A program made the translations under genes and the position numbers. Shown in pieces: positions 39,624-51,870 of a stretch of DNA of 64,000 nt (the first letter of the stretch is position 1; the number at the start of each line of letters is the position of its first letter). The stretch comes from the human T2T-CHM13v2.0 reference genome, Homo sapiens. Below the pieces are notes generated by a model, which was not told where the DNA came from, searched no databases, and saw nothing but the letters and a program-made list of their open reading frames with translations. The stretch lies in assembly GCF_009914755.1 (NCBI RefSeq), contig NC_060944.1; one strand, given 5' to 3'.

Positions 39624-40405
39624 GTACGTGCCTCACATTCTTGGTATGTGTGAGCCAGACTGGGGACTGGACCTGTGCCCTGTACTGTTCCAGCCTCCTC
39701 ACCAAAGTCCTGGGGAGCCCTCGCAGGGCAGCTGCAGCGGGAACACCAGGCATCACCATGTTTGAGAGCAATGGGCAATATTAGCACAAAAGTGTCATCG
39801 GTCTACTGAGCATTTCATGACTCTGATCAATAATCAGACGAAAACCCACAGGACCAACCTCCCCAACTCCATTTAGACCTAACTAATGGTACTATTTGTG
39901 TTTTCCTTCCCCATTTTCTTTTCCTTTTAAACTCACTCTTCCTTTCTGTTACTTCCTCCACCTCTCTCTCCTGTGTTTCCTTCTGCCTCCATAACTCTCC
40001 TTTGATATCCATGGCATCCTCGCAGGATTAAAAACCTCCAACCGCATACCTCTGCCATGCTTCCTCTCTCTGTATATGTACAGAAATGCTCCAAGCGGAA
40101 GCACTGAGATGAAAGAATTGGCCACGGAGATCAGGAAAGTGTCCCTGTTAGAAATCATCATAGTGCATGCCAGGCTGAACAGCAAGTTAAACCCCTTTCA
40201 TCAAAAAATATTCAGCAGATCTAGAACTCTTTCATTCTCTTGCCTCTTTCATCTCTGTCTGTTTGGAAATGTAGCTTCCTTTATCTGAAAGCTTTCCATT
40301 TTATTTATTTATTTATATTTATCGGTTTATATTTTAATTCAGAATCCCTGTTTCCAGAAGGCATCTCCCCCAGACACATCTGTCGAGAACTCGGTTTCTT
40401 TATGC

Positions 40406-40577
40406 CAGTAGTTCTCAAAACTGGTTGTGTCTTCCCTTTCCTTCTCTCTCCCCTGAGTACCTGATCCAGTAGGTCTTGGGAGAGTGGGAGGGGGTAGAAT
40501 TTGCATTTCTAATACGTTTTTCAGGTGATGCTGAGGCTGCTGCCTAGTCCAGGAACCACAGACTTAGAGAACCACAT
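40406..40577. mobile_element. MER5A hAT-Charlie MITE
   Basis: Termini cagtagttctcaaa...agagaaccac; internal gaatttgcatttctaa...caggtgatgctgaggctgct. Confidence 0.8.
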
Positions 40578-41189
40578 ACCCTAAGCAGTGTCTTCTACAT
40601 CCTGGAAGTTAGTGTTGGATACTTAAATAAATAAAAAGTGTCCCACAATAACAATATTTAGAGAGCCACAGGAGGTGTTCTCTTCCACAGTAGCACAGAG
40701 TAATTGAGGTGGCATCTGAAATGCACAGTGGGCAGGTGTGGAAGCCCTTTGTCTGAGGAATTCCACCTGAGAGTGGGGTCACCTTATGTCGAAGGGGAGG
40801 AGGTGTTCCTCACCTGTAACTGGAGTCCTCTGTGATCTCTGAAATACCACTATTGGGTGTTTTATTATTCATGCAGAGCAAAACAACTCTCTCTCTTTCC
40901 CATGCAATTTTTTTGGTGTGAATATCAAAATTATATTCTGGAAATGTCAGTACAGTTGTCAGCATGTGTTCTACTCAGTTGAGGACACAGAACCTGTGAA
41001 TACCCATGCCCTTGTAGGGAGAGGCAATCAAAGAGCCAGAAAATGGCAGGAAAAGAGGGCAGGTGTGAGTCTTTTAACAAAAAAGTTATAAGGAGAGGAA
41101 AAGGAAAGAAAATGTTTAAGGAGGGTGAGGTGTTATTTTACTAGGTCCCTGATATGGTTCAGTCGCTAAACAGTGTGGTGTGACTATGT

Positions 41190-41370
41190 CTACCTGTCTT
41201 TAATCATCTCAAGAATTCTGCCAGGTGACTGATATTATCCCCTCTTTACAAACAAGGAAACCAGAGCTTAGAGAAGCTGAGCAACTTGCCCTGGGTCAAG
41301 GGATAGAGTCACTATTTGAGCCCAAGTCAGCCTGATTTCCAAGTCTTCAGGCTTTTCTCTACTCCATCCA
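41190..41370 (-). mobile_element. MIR SINE
   Basis: attatcccctctttacaaacaaggaaaccagagcttagagaagctgagcaacttgccc. Confidence 0.7.
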
Positions 41371-43944
41371 GAGACGAGCCTGGACCAGGTCATGGTGGTG
41401 TTAGAACTGGCTGCACTGCCCAGACCCACAGCGATACTGGAGGAGTGGGCACAGAAGAGCAACCACATTTTCCTGGGCTCTCCCTGCTCCCACCCCAAAT
41501 CTGGTCTTATAAGCAAGATTCATATAACAAGAGTGGGTGCCCCGTGCCTGTCTCCTGGAAAGACAATGTTGGCTCCATGGACCTTAAACAACCTTAATTG
41601 CTGGGGAAACATTATGTCTGTGAATGATGGGTGGGCTGAGGTCAGAGCTCACATATATTTAGAGATCCTGACATGTTTACATCTTCTAAGAGACGTGGAA
41701 TCAGTTCTCCCTGGAGTTACACTTTCTCACAAGATGAGAGGATCATGACGTGGGTCCACCAGCAGTGGCCTGGAGGGCCTCTCGGCCCTGGATTCTGTTT
41801 ACTGCCTGTGCTTTCCTTAATCACCTTTTAATGATTCGATACTCTGTGTTTCATGGTTACTCGTAGACTAAAACTGGGAGTGGGGCAGAAAAACACAGAA
41901 GGTTGTCGTTTCCAGCTTTTGTGAAAGATGAGTGGGGAGAGAAATCCACACTGTGCAACGAATCATTGCTTGGAGGTCAGGGCAGATTCTCGCTCAGTCT
42001 CAAATACTTTAAAGTTAAAAGCAGAAAAATGTGGGGTTCAGGAAAAGGCAAAGAAAAGAAAATGGGAGAAAGAGAAGGAGATGAAGGCAATGATCCAGGA
42101 TCCGAAACTGGGGTCAGGCAGGCCCTGGTGCTTACAAAGCACCTGCTCCATGCCAGCCCCTTCCCCTGTCTGGACCTTACTTTCTCCTTGTGTGAAATGA
42201 CAGCCCCTAGATTTTGAACAGTCCAGAGATACCATTGCAGAACGTGCAGAGAGGGTCTCCAGAGTTTAGAGAAATCCTATAAGCCACAGTAGACAGCCTC
42301 AGCTGCACTGAGGCGGGAAGGGAGAGAGGCATTTCAGGAAGAAGAGTGAACATGAACCAAAGCGCAGCGAGTGGAAGGGCCTGGCATCCCCAAGGACCAT
42401 GAGGTGGCAGGCCTGGCCGAGCAGAGGCTTGTCTAGGAAAGGTGAAGTCGGATGGGGAGGGTGGGAGGCTTTGGGACCCATGTGGAGGCTTCCAGGACAG
42501 CAGTGGGACATTTGAGCAGCGGAGGATGTGACAATAGGTCTGGAACACTACTCACCCCTCTGACGTCAGCACTAAGCTGGGCTCTGCCTGGACCAAGCTC
42601 TATGCCAGGGGCTGGGAGGAAACTAGATCACACACAGCATGTCCCATCCCATCCCAGGGCTCCTAGCTGCAGAGCAGCTCCAGGGTAATATCCACAGGGG
42701 GCTGGAGGAAGTGGCGGGGAATTGGCAAGTGCAGAAGTGCAGAGAGAGAGTGGGGGAAGGAGAGATTGACGCTGCGAGGGACAGAGTTGGGAGGAGATCA
42801 GGAAAGGGCTTGTGCAAGGGGCAGGATTAGAACAGCCCTTAGAGGGAAGGTGTCAGTGGCCAAGTATTTTGAGGAAGGGTATTTGGTGAGAGAATGTGTG
42901 AGCCGCAAAACCAAGATGGGGTTTTGCACCAGCATACAGGGAGCCCTGCAAGCCAGGCTGGGCGTTAGGAATTATTCCAAGCTCTGGAGGGAGCTGGGGA
43001 GGGCTTTTCAGGGCTCTGTCATGGTAGATAGGAGTCCAGAGTCAAGAAGACTAGAGTCCTGTGAGATATTGCCAGGGCTGAAGTGAACTGGGGATGATGG
43101 AGGGGTATAAGAAGATACAGAGGAAGAAACAAACTGGCTGGATGAAGGAGAGAGGGGAAACGGACATGAACCCAAGGTTTGGATGCCACAACTAATACCC
43201 CAGCAGGACAGAACCACAGCAACACATGGCTCCCGCCTCCTGGCAGGTCTCGGCAAACCATACAGGGAGCTGCGAGCTGTGTCAGGCTACCTCACTCACA
43301 GACTCTTAGCTCCATGGGACAGGAGTGCTTGGGCACCCCTCACAGCCACACCTTGCAACTTTGCGCTATCTGCGCCTCCATCTTAGGATCTGCTCGGCAT
43401 CCCATGTGAAGCTTCGCTGTCCAGCCGACAGCGAAGCGACCCAGGATCCTAGATCAAAATCCTCAGTTAGGGCTTCTCCTGCAGACTATTGTGGGTCACT
43501 CAATGGAGGCCAGTGACCTACATCAGGGCCACACCGCCCCTCTCTGGCTGAGCAAGGAAGTGCAGCTGTAGGTGCCACTGGGAAGAGAAGGATGTCACTC
43601 AAGCTTGACTGCCAGGAGGGAACTGGCTATTCACTGGCAGCCAGCAGCATACTTTCTGGGTCATGACTGAATGCAGAAATGCAAAATCTGGTTACCAGCC
43701 TCTAATGTATAATTGCCTTGTCTTCTTGTAAATCACCTTTTGGTTTAACAAACAGAGTAACCTGGAGAGCTCATTGTATAAACCCCGTCTTGGCAGGGCT
43801 GATGCCTCATTACCTTCTTTTCAGCCTTAAGCCCCCACTCCCACTCTCTGATCCCGGGGTTTCCAGACTGCCTCAAGGAAGGGGAGTGGGTTTCAGGAGG
43901 GTGATCCCCACATCCACACCCCAACATGCCTCCATAACCTCCTA

Positions 43945-44221
43945 AAGACTCACAAACTGGTTACCATGAGCGTCATTTAGCCTGAGATCAGCATAGTATC
44001 ACAAAAATCAGGAAGTTTTGCATAAAAGGTTGGATTATTGGCATCTCTTAAAAATCAGAATATCTGGCCACACTGAGGGAACTGGGCAATGCTGCCCATA
44101 GAAAGAGGTGAATGCCCCCACCATAGCCTCAGACCTACCGCCTGCTGTGGCCTCCCATGGGCCCACTCCACTCCTGACTGTCATCTGCACAGCCCCTGCG
44201 GGAATTGGGTTGAAGACCCCT
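43945..44221. mobile_element. MER102-like hAT-Charlie element (related fragment at ~25780-26010)
   Basis: cacaaactgg...aaatcaggaag...tctcttaaaaatcagaatatctggccacactg...gcccctgcgggaattgggttgaagacccct. Confidence 0.6.
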
Positions 44222-44519
44222 AGATCTTCCCAAGAGCCTTTAGCTCATAAGGACATGTAGTTCCCTCCCCAAACCTGTCCCTTAAGGAGGACATTGAGAG
44301 GAGCTCTGACTCAGCAGGGGATCGGCAGCAGTGGCTGCGCTCTGTGAGAAGGAGAAGGAGGCTGAGAGGGACTAAGTACCAGCCCCAGGTCCCATCGGTC
44401 CTACTCTCGCTGAAGCCCCAGTCTTTGCTTCTCAGGGCTTGGACTCTCGGGTGTCACAGTCACCTCTCTTCCGAGATGGAATCCCAACTCACCTGTGCTT
44501 TGTCTTTGCTCCTCTGTAG

Positions 44520-44604
44520 CGCCTGCACCTCAGTGAAGATGTGGCTGGGGCCACATTCATGGCAGCGGGAAGTTCAGCCCCAGAGCTGTTCACATCGGTC
44601 ATAG
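44520..44604 (+). CDS. SLC24A3: Internal coding exon (85 nt, phase 0-1): [28 protein letters not shown](G), alpha-1 repeat
   Basis: tgtctttgctcctctgtag| acceptor and ATAG|gtaggt donor. Contains the CaCA-superfamily alpha-1 signature [23 protein letters not shown] matches NCKX3 (NCKX4 reads SSTPELFAS, from memory). Confidence 0.97.
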
Positions 44605-44989
44605 GTAGGTGACAGACTGAGGGACATCTCAGACCTTCACTGTCTGAAGGAAAAGGGCTCTGGGAATGGATGGCCCCCAGACCGAGATTGTCTGCCACTC
44701 ATAGAAAATGATAATCCAGGGACCCCAATGAGTAGAACATCAGCCTCCCATCTGCCGTTGTTGTTTTATTTAAGTGATGCTTTTACTGTGCATGAACTTG
44801 TCCCAGACCCCAAGCCCATCACACTCCTGTGCAGCTATCATCCCTCTGTAGATTAGAAAGCTCTCTCCACCCCTCAGCTGTTTCCTGTAGATTCTGAGAA
44901 CAATCTAATGCTTATGAAAGGTTCCCCATGCCCACCTTGGAATGCAACAGGGCCACAACAGCCAGGCTGATGTGGGATCTGTGTTTCAG

Positions 44990-45093
44990 GGGTCTTCATC
45001 ACCAAAGGCGATGTGGGAGTTGGCACCATCGTGGGCTCAGCGGTATTCAACATCCTGTGCATCATTGGTGTCTGTGGGCTCTTTGCTGGGCAG
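44990..45093 (+). CDS. SLC24A3: Internal coding exon (104 nt, phase 1-0): (G)VFITKGDVGVGTIVGSAVFNILCIIGVCGLFAGQ
   Basis: gtgtttcag| acceptor and CAG|gtaaga donor. The frame joins the previous exon (G+GG = Gly). Contains the GTIVGSAVFNIL alpha-1 motif. Confidence 0.97.
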
Positions 45094-47199
45094 GTAAGAC
45101 TGGCGGCTTCTTTGTGATGGCAAAATGTGACATTGGGGAAAGGGGAGGCATGGAGTTTAGGCAGGAGACTGTCTTGCTGGAACACAACTTGCATTAGGGC
45201 CCAGTGGTTTGGGCAGCAGTGATTTGGGACCTCACATCCCAGGAGGCTGGCCCAGCTAGAAGTGGAAACTGGTAATCCACCATTACTTGGTCTCCATGTT
45301 GATGGAATATAGAATGCTCAGGTCCACATAAATAATTAACCAGACTGAAAGATGTGGGTTACAATCTGAAGGGTTCCACATTCATTTTGGTATGTTACTG
45401 ATCTGAACTAGAATGGCCTAAAACAATTTTAGGTATGATTTTTGCTCATTGGAAATAGAATACATGAGAATCTGCTAAACACAATGAGAATACATGAGAA
45501 TCTGCTAAACAAAACATGCAGTCATCACGGTTTAGGACACAGCCTAACCTTTTTTGACTGTGGTAGAGCATTTCATTTCTCTATTATAACGTGCCTTTGG
45601 GGTTATGAAGGGCTTAGCAAGCCTGCAGTTTACCTATGGAGTTGATGCCACTTCCAGGTGGTGTCCTGCTATCTGAGTTCTTTATGAATACTGGCGTCTG
45701 TTTTGGAAGGTCTGGGGAAGGTGCTCAGAAGCCACTGCGTGGGAGGCTCTGGGCGACAAGCCTACACTGCAGCAGCACCTGGAGGTTTGTTTGCAGGGTT
45801 TGCAACTGTTTTGCCAACTCTGATATCCTAAATTTCTTCATAGGGATTTTATTCAGAAACAACACAACCCTGAGATCTCTGCCCAAATACCCACAACTTT
45901 GTGTATCTTCTAGTAAAAGGCACTTCTAAAAGCTCATGGAGGCTACTCCACTTACAATATCAAGGAACCTGCTGATCCTAACCACTTGATCAGCAGCCTT
46001 GATATGAACAGTGCACTGTTCTACTAGAAGTGGCTGATTGGGTCAGGGGGCTAAGGAAAGCCCCGGGGCAGCCTTCCCCCTACCCTTTGCCAGGGCCCTC
46101 ACCCCACAGCAGCGGCAAGGGGCACCCCATGCTGCCCGTTCCACTGATGTAGACTCGAGGGTCTCCATGCAGGATACCCCGGGTCCACCATTGCATTCTC
46201 CACTGCCCATTTTTACTTCCGTCATCTTCGTGCCTATTGATTTGTCTGGATTGCCTGGTGTGTCAGTTGCCTTCAGGTGACACGCAGAGGGACACCTGGA
46301 TCTCATCGGGATTCAGCTCCAGGGCCCACAGGTGGATGGGTCCCTTCTATCTGGAAAAGGGGCTCCCAGTACATGGTGACTGAGCTCTGCTCAGCTCCTT
46401 AGACTGAATGATTTCCCTCTTCTCATCCTCTCAGTCAATGAGCTCATGTCTTAGATTTTGTGTACCCACAATATGTGCTTTTTAAATCTCCCATAAATGT
46501 AGTTAGTATTTTTTAAAAAAATGAGTCTCTGCCTTTGCCTTTGGTGCTATTTGCACTTCCCTGGCTCTCCTTTGCCTTGGACACCTGCTTGTGGCCTTCC
46601 ACAGATGAACAGTTGCACCCAGCAGAAGAGTCTGTCGCTGTTAGCACTCTCCTAATTGGCATTGTCACCATCAGCAGTATGGTTATTAGTCTGGCTGTTA
46701 TTAGTGTTGTCATTAGTTCATTCATCATTTGTACCTGAAGCTTGATTCACAAGCAAGCCCAAAGGAAGAGAGATAATGTAGAGAAATGAAACAAATGACT
46801 GGGGAGCATCTAGTCAGTGCCACACAACTAATTACTTATGAAATGGCTTGGATGCATGTGTGGCTCATCACTCATTAGTAACGCGGTTCATCCCAGCTTG
46901 GTTGGAACACCTGCATCAAAGGCAAAGGGCTCCCTGAACTCCAAAAAATGCTGGTGTCTGTCCCTTGACTCACCCCAGAAGGTCTTTGCTGGCTCACCTC
47001 ACAACCCTGTAGCCATGGACAGAAGTAACAACCATGACTGTTGGGAGAAGCAGTCCACAGTCCACGCGATGACTCTGGATGCCAACCTTTCCTTCTGACT
47101 TTCCTGTCATGTGCCCAACTGGAGATTTTCAAGGCCATCCAGCTCAGGGTTTTGTAGGATCCTTCAAGTCTTTGCAGAGGAAGCAAAATTATGTTTTGG

Positions 47200-47420
47200 G
47201 AAGAACATGGGCTGGGGAATCAGACGGGTCTGGGTTTAAATCCTGATTCTGCCATTTTCTGGCTGTGGAACCCTGGAGAAGTTACTTATGTTCTCAAAGC
47301 CTCATTTTTCTCATCTATAGAGTGGGTACAAGCACACCTACTTCCTAGTGTTGCCATCAAGATGAATTGTAGCATGTTCAGCATTAATAGACCTGCTCTA
47401 CATGGTAAGTCAGTCTCAGT
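47200..47420 (+). mobile_element. MIR SINE
   Basis: ctgggtttaaatcctgattctgcca...aagttactta...gcctcatttttctcatctat. Confidence 0.8.
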
Positions 47421-48639
47421 TAGACACCATTAGCTATGCTCAGAATACGCATCCCTGGGGTTCTCACCTCCAAATTCCACCTAGGTCACTGTGATAATTT
47501 GACCAACTCATTGATGGAACTTATCTAACAGTCAAGGGTGTCCACAGCTTAATTAACAGACACAGGATACTCAGTGGGAAGGAAAGGGATAGTCAGGGAG
47601 AAGGTCTTCTAAATGGAAATCAAAGTAAGGAGATGTTCGTAGAAAAACAGTCTCAAAGGACTAGTACTTACTTCTGTGCTGTCTACCAGTGGGAGGTGAA
47701 AAAAAAGAAATGACAGCTTCCCAGCCTCAAACAGGGAGAAGCTCTCCCAGGCGGTGGAGTTGGTGCAGTGGAATGTTACGGCAAAGGCTGGATATTGGGA
47801 ATTGAAGCGATTAATAAATCCAATCATGGATTTCACTTAGCATTTTATTTATGTTGATCTGCACTTTCATTTGGCTGGGAGAATTACCAGCGAGTGCCCG
47901 TGGGCCTCCCTCTATGAATTTCAGCATGGAGGGTTGCACATGACCAAGTCTGTTATCCATCTGAAATTAAAGTAATTAAGCTATAAGGTTTGAGTTCCTG
48001 TCTCAATTAGGGTTTTGATGAATTCAGTGTAATTAAATGTCTGCTGTATTTGCAGTTTGCAAACATAACCCTCGCTTTGGTGTTCACCTAAGGTGCTTTG
48101 GGGAGTTTTATGGGACAAAAAGGAAATTGCTTTTTAGAAAGTGGCTTATAGAGAGGTTCTTGGCATCACTTCAAGACATTTACAAGGCTGTGGTCCTACA
48201 AGTTTCCTTTATTTAAAAACGAAGAATAATAACAACAAAGAGAAAACACCGAGCTCTTGATGCAACATACTAATGTATCTTGTACGTTGTATTGAAGGGA
48301 CTTCATGCCAGTTTTGTAAAACAATGTACTTGTGAATTTCGATCTGCCGTTCAGAGCATGTTAAGATTTAAATGCCTAACCACAAACAGAAATTATGCAG
48401 TTTAACTGCATCCCAGGTTAGGACTTTCATATTCAGGTTATTACAGGCCGGCAGATGGCTCTAGTTTATAATAAAGAGCTCCAACATCAGCCCTACTGGC
48501 ATGCTTAAAATGTGCCTGATGTTCTTTGGCAAGGCCCATCTCATCTTGGCTGGGTTTGCCTTTCTTCAAATAATACTGGCTCGTTTAAACAAACCCTAGC
48601 AGCACCCAAAGATTGCACCTCTGAATTGAAATCCACCTG

Positions 48640-49100
48640 CATTTGGGCTTCCCCAAGAGACTCTAAGCAAGGACTCAAGTGCAAACAGTTGATTTGAAAG
48701 GTGATCCCAGGAAGTGCTTGTGGGACAGTGTGGAAGGAAGGCAAGGAAGAGAAAGCAGTGGAGGAAAGTGTGTTAGCAAGCCAGTTATCACTGTGGGTAA
48801 CAGAGATCTAATTCTTCTGTGGGAACTGGGAGACAGTTTAACTGGAGAGCCACTAAGTTATCTCATGTAAGGAGGCGGGGGAGCTAGAGTATTTCTCCAC
48901 CAGCTTCCATCATTCATTGGTTAAAGACTGCACTTAAGGGATATTAATTCCCCAGCATTCCAGCTTGCTGGGCTCAGGCAGAGTGGACCTTGGGGCCCAG
49001 GGAAAACCCCCAGGCAAAGAGATCTAGGGGACAGCAGTGGAAAGGGCCTGAAATGGTAAAGGTGGGGAAATCTGAGTGAGCTCATAGTAAAACATTTGCT
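48640..49100 (-). mobile_element. LTR33-like ERVL LTR
   Basis: gactctaagcaaggactcaagtgcaa...ggtgatcccaggaag...agccagttatcactgtgggtaac. Confidence 0.7.
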
Positions 49101-49654
49101 ATGAACTCAAGACAAAGACTTTAAAACAATCCACTTCCTGGGTCTCATCTTCAGCTCCCTTGGATGAAACACAAGCTTTAGTACTAGGCAGACTATAAAG
49201 TGTCTAGGGCCAGGACATCTTGCATTTAAAGAATTTTCTCTAATGTTAAAAATACCAGCTACTGTTTATTAAGCTTCTCTAACGTTCAGGCACCACACTA
49301 GATTCTGTAAAAATATTTGCGGAAATACACCCACTGAGTTTTAAGATAGTTATCATCCTTCTTTACAGGCAAGGAAATGGATACTGGGGGATTCAGTATT
49401 CCCCAGATGGCAAAGGGTCTATTGTCTGGTAGTTAAGACTGAATTTGAGCTCACATCAGTTGGTTATAAATTCCATTCTCCTTCCAAAAGGGGGAATCTA
49501 CGATTTAAAAACCTCCAGATGTTATCATTGCATTCTTATGATTAGCCTTGGATTTTATGTGTCCTTTGGAAGTTTTGAGTGTAGGATCTGGGGTCAATGC
49601 CAAGAAAACAGACACATCAGCAAAATGGTGGTAGCCCCTGCTACAATGGAAGTA

Positions 49655-49734
49655 TTAGATAGGTGCAAAAGTAATTGCGGTTTTTGCCATTGAAAGTAAT
49701 GGCAAAAACCGCAATTACTTTTGCACCAACCTAA
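49655..49734. mobile_element. MADE1 (Hsmar1-derived 80-bp MITE) with TA target-site duplication
   Basis: ta|ttagataggtgcaaaagtaattgcggtttttgccatt-gaaagt-aatggcaaaaaccgcaattacttttgcaccaacctaa|ta: 37-bp TIRs with 2 mismatches and a 6-nt spacer. Confidence 0.97.
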
Positions 49735-50844
49735 TATTTTACTTAGCACAAACAATGTGCAGCTAGAAGTTTCTCTTATACTCAGATGGCATCTCCCACA
49801 GCTGGGCTTTTGCTTCCACCACAGATGGAGGACTCAGGCTGATAAACACAGCGGGACACCCACAGGCTGCCCCAGCTTACCCCGTACACCTTGATTTCTA
49901 TCTTATTGTTCCCCAGACAAAACCCAACACACAGCTCCCCTGTTCCAATCCTGAGATGCATCCAGATTTTCCAAGAAGCTGGGGACAGAGGACAGGGGAG
50001 GCCAAAAACCACACACCCATAGTGCTGCCAAACCTAAAAATAGGGGCTGGAGGCCTAACATCCATTCCAGGGAGGGAGATGAAATTGCAAGGAAGAGAGC
50101 AAGTGATCTGTTGAGAAACCAAGAGGGCAGGTGTGGCAGAAGGCCTCATCCAGGAGCCAGCGTGCTTCCGTACATGATCCTGTGAGTAGCAGAGAGCAGA
50201 ATGTGAAGTGCAGGAGTAGACCAAGGCCAAGGTCAGGTCCAGCTGAGGCAGCCAGTGAATTCCATCACACCCAGTAAAACTGGGTTTCTCCCGGCATCTT
50301 CTGCAGGCTGTGGCATCAGGAGGCAGATTCCTGTTAGAAGCAGAGCCCCAGCCCTAGCCCAAGGCCAACTGAATCAGAAGAGCAGCTCACCTGCTTCAGC
50401 TCCATCTGCAGGCTCAGCTCTCATCACGTTCTAGACCAAGCGTGGCCCTGGATGAGAGGCAGCCTCCAGCAGTTGGTCCAGGAAACGTAGACAGTCCTGC
50501 TGAGGCCCCAGTCTTATGACTGACCATCTGCCTGAGGCTGTCTCTTGCACTGTCCCCTCATAGTTTCTTTTCTCTGGCCATCCCCACCCCAACCCCCTCA
50601 AGGCCAGGTCCTGACAGGGCCCCACACCTGATCTCCCCCTGACAGATGCTGTTGGTCCCAGGCCCAGAGTTCTGCTAAGGCCACCCACCTGGCTCTGTGC
50701 TGCTCTGTTTTCATTGCCTCTACAACTTCACCCCAGATCTCTGTGTTAGCTTTGATCTGGGCTCACAAAACGTGTGTCTTGCTTGTTCCACTTCTTTGAT
50801 ACGATCTCCTGAAGTCAGATTCATTCTCAGATCCACATCTAGAC

Positions 50845-51330
50845 TAATTAGAAGCTTTCAGTTTCAGGTAACAACAAAAAAAAAATCCCAACTCTAACTG
50901 GCTTCTTAAATGAAGGAAATTTATAGATGTCTCTGAAAAATGCAAAGGAAAGTGGACATCAGGTATGACTTGATCAGGACTTCCAGCCCCATTGTTGTGA
51001 TTCTTTTATCTCTAATCTCCTCTGTTTCCTTCCTCATACTAGTTTTTTTTTTTTAATGGCAGAAAATAGCTGTAGCATTTTCAGGCCTCAGGTACACATA
51101 CCACTTTGGCCAGGAAAGAGAAAGAGGATGTCTCCTTGGCCACCACATCTCATTCCCCATCCCCCCATAGCATCATCAAACAAAAATCTGATTGAGCCAA
51201 CTCAGGTTACCTGACCATCCCTGAACCAATCATTGTGGCAAAGGAACTAGTTACTCAATTGGTTTAGGTTAATCAAGAACCACATACCCATTTCTCCCTT
51301 CCCTCCAGAGCTAAGAATCTAATCACTTCC
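50845..51330 (-). mobile_element. Old MLT1 MaLR LTR
   Basis: tttcaggtaacaac...cccaactctaactggctt...tctgattgagccaactcaggttacctgaccatccctgaaccaatca. Confidence 0.55.
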
Positions 51331-51459
51331 ACCTCGAATACACAGTTTTCAGTTTATTATAAAAAGCAGAGATAAATGATTACAGGACAAAGCCTGTGCA
51401 CTATCGTGTGCTGCCTCAATGTCTGCTTTCCCTGGGCTGGTGGAACACAAGGGAAAAAC

Positions 51460-51870
51460 TGCACACAGATGCACTCTAGGTCTTGCTGTGGACATATGCT
51501 CTCATTTCTTTCAGGTAAATAACCTAGGAGTGGGATTACTGGGTTGTGTGCTAAGTATGTTTGTAAGAAACCACCAACAGCTTTGCAAAGTGGCTAAACC
51601 ATTTGTATTTCCACCACCTACATGTGGGATTCCAGGTGCCCCACATCATCACCAGCACTTAGTATTATCAGTACTATTTTGTTTTGTTTTCATTTTAGCC
51701 ATTCTATTGAGCACGAGTGGCACGTCACTGTGGTTTTAATTTGCATTTCCCTGACGAGCCATAATGTTGGGCATTTTTTAACAGGCTTCTTTGCCATCTT
51801 CTTTGGTGAAAAATCTGTTTAAATCATTGCCCATTTGTTAGTCAGGGGTTTTGTCCTCTTCTTATTATAT
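51460..51870 (-). mobile_element. L1M ORF2 fragment
   Basis: cctaggagtgggattactggg...gtaagaaaccaccaa...tgtggttttaatttgcatttccctga. Confidence 0.8.

Noticed and set aside
39448-39765. ORF-track entries overlapping the real exons (also 44344-44604 and 44928-45197)
   Set aside because: They are in non-coding frames or on the wrong strand; the NCKX frame is recovered only by splicing.
39549-45093. Assignment to SLC24A4/NCKX4 or another paralog
   Set aside because: [14 protein letters not shown] and FITKGD match NCKX3 as I recall it, rather than NCKX4 (ALYMF, SSTPELFAS, FITHGD).
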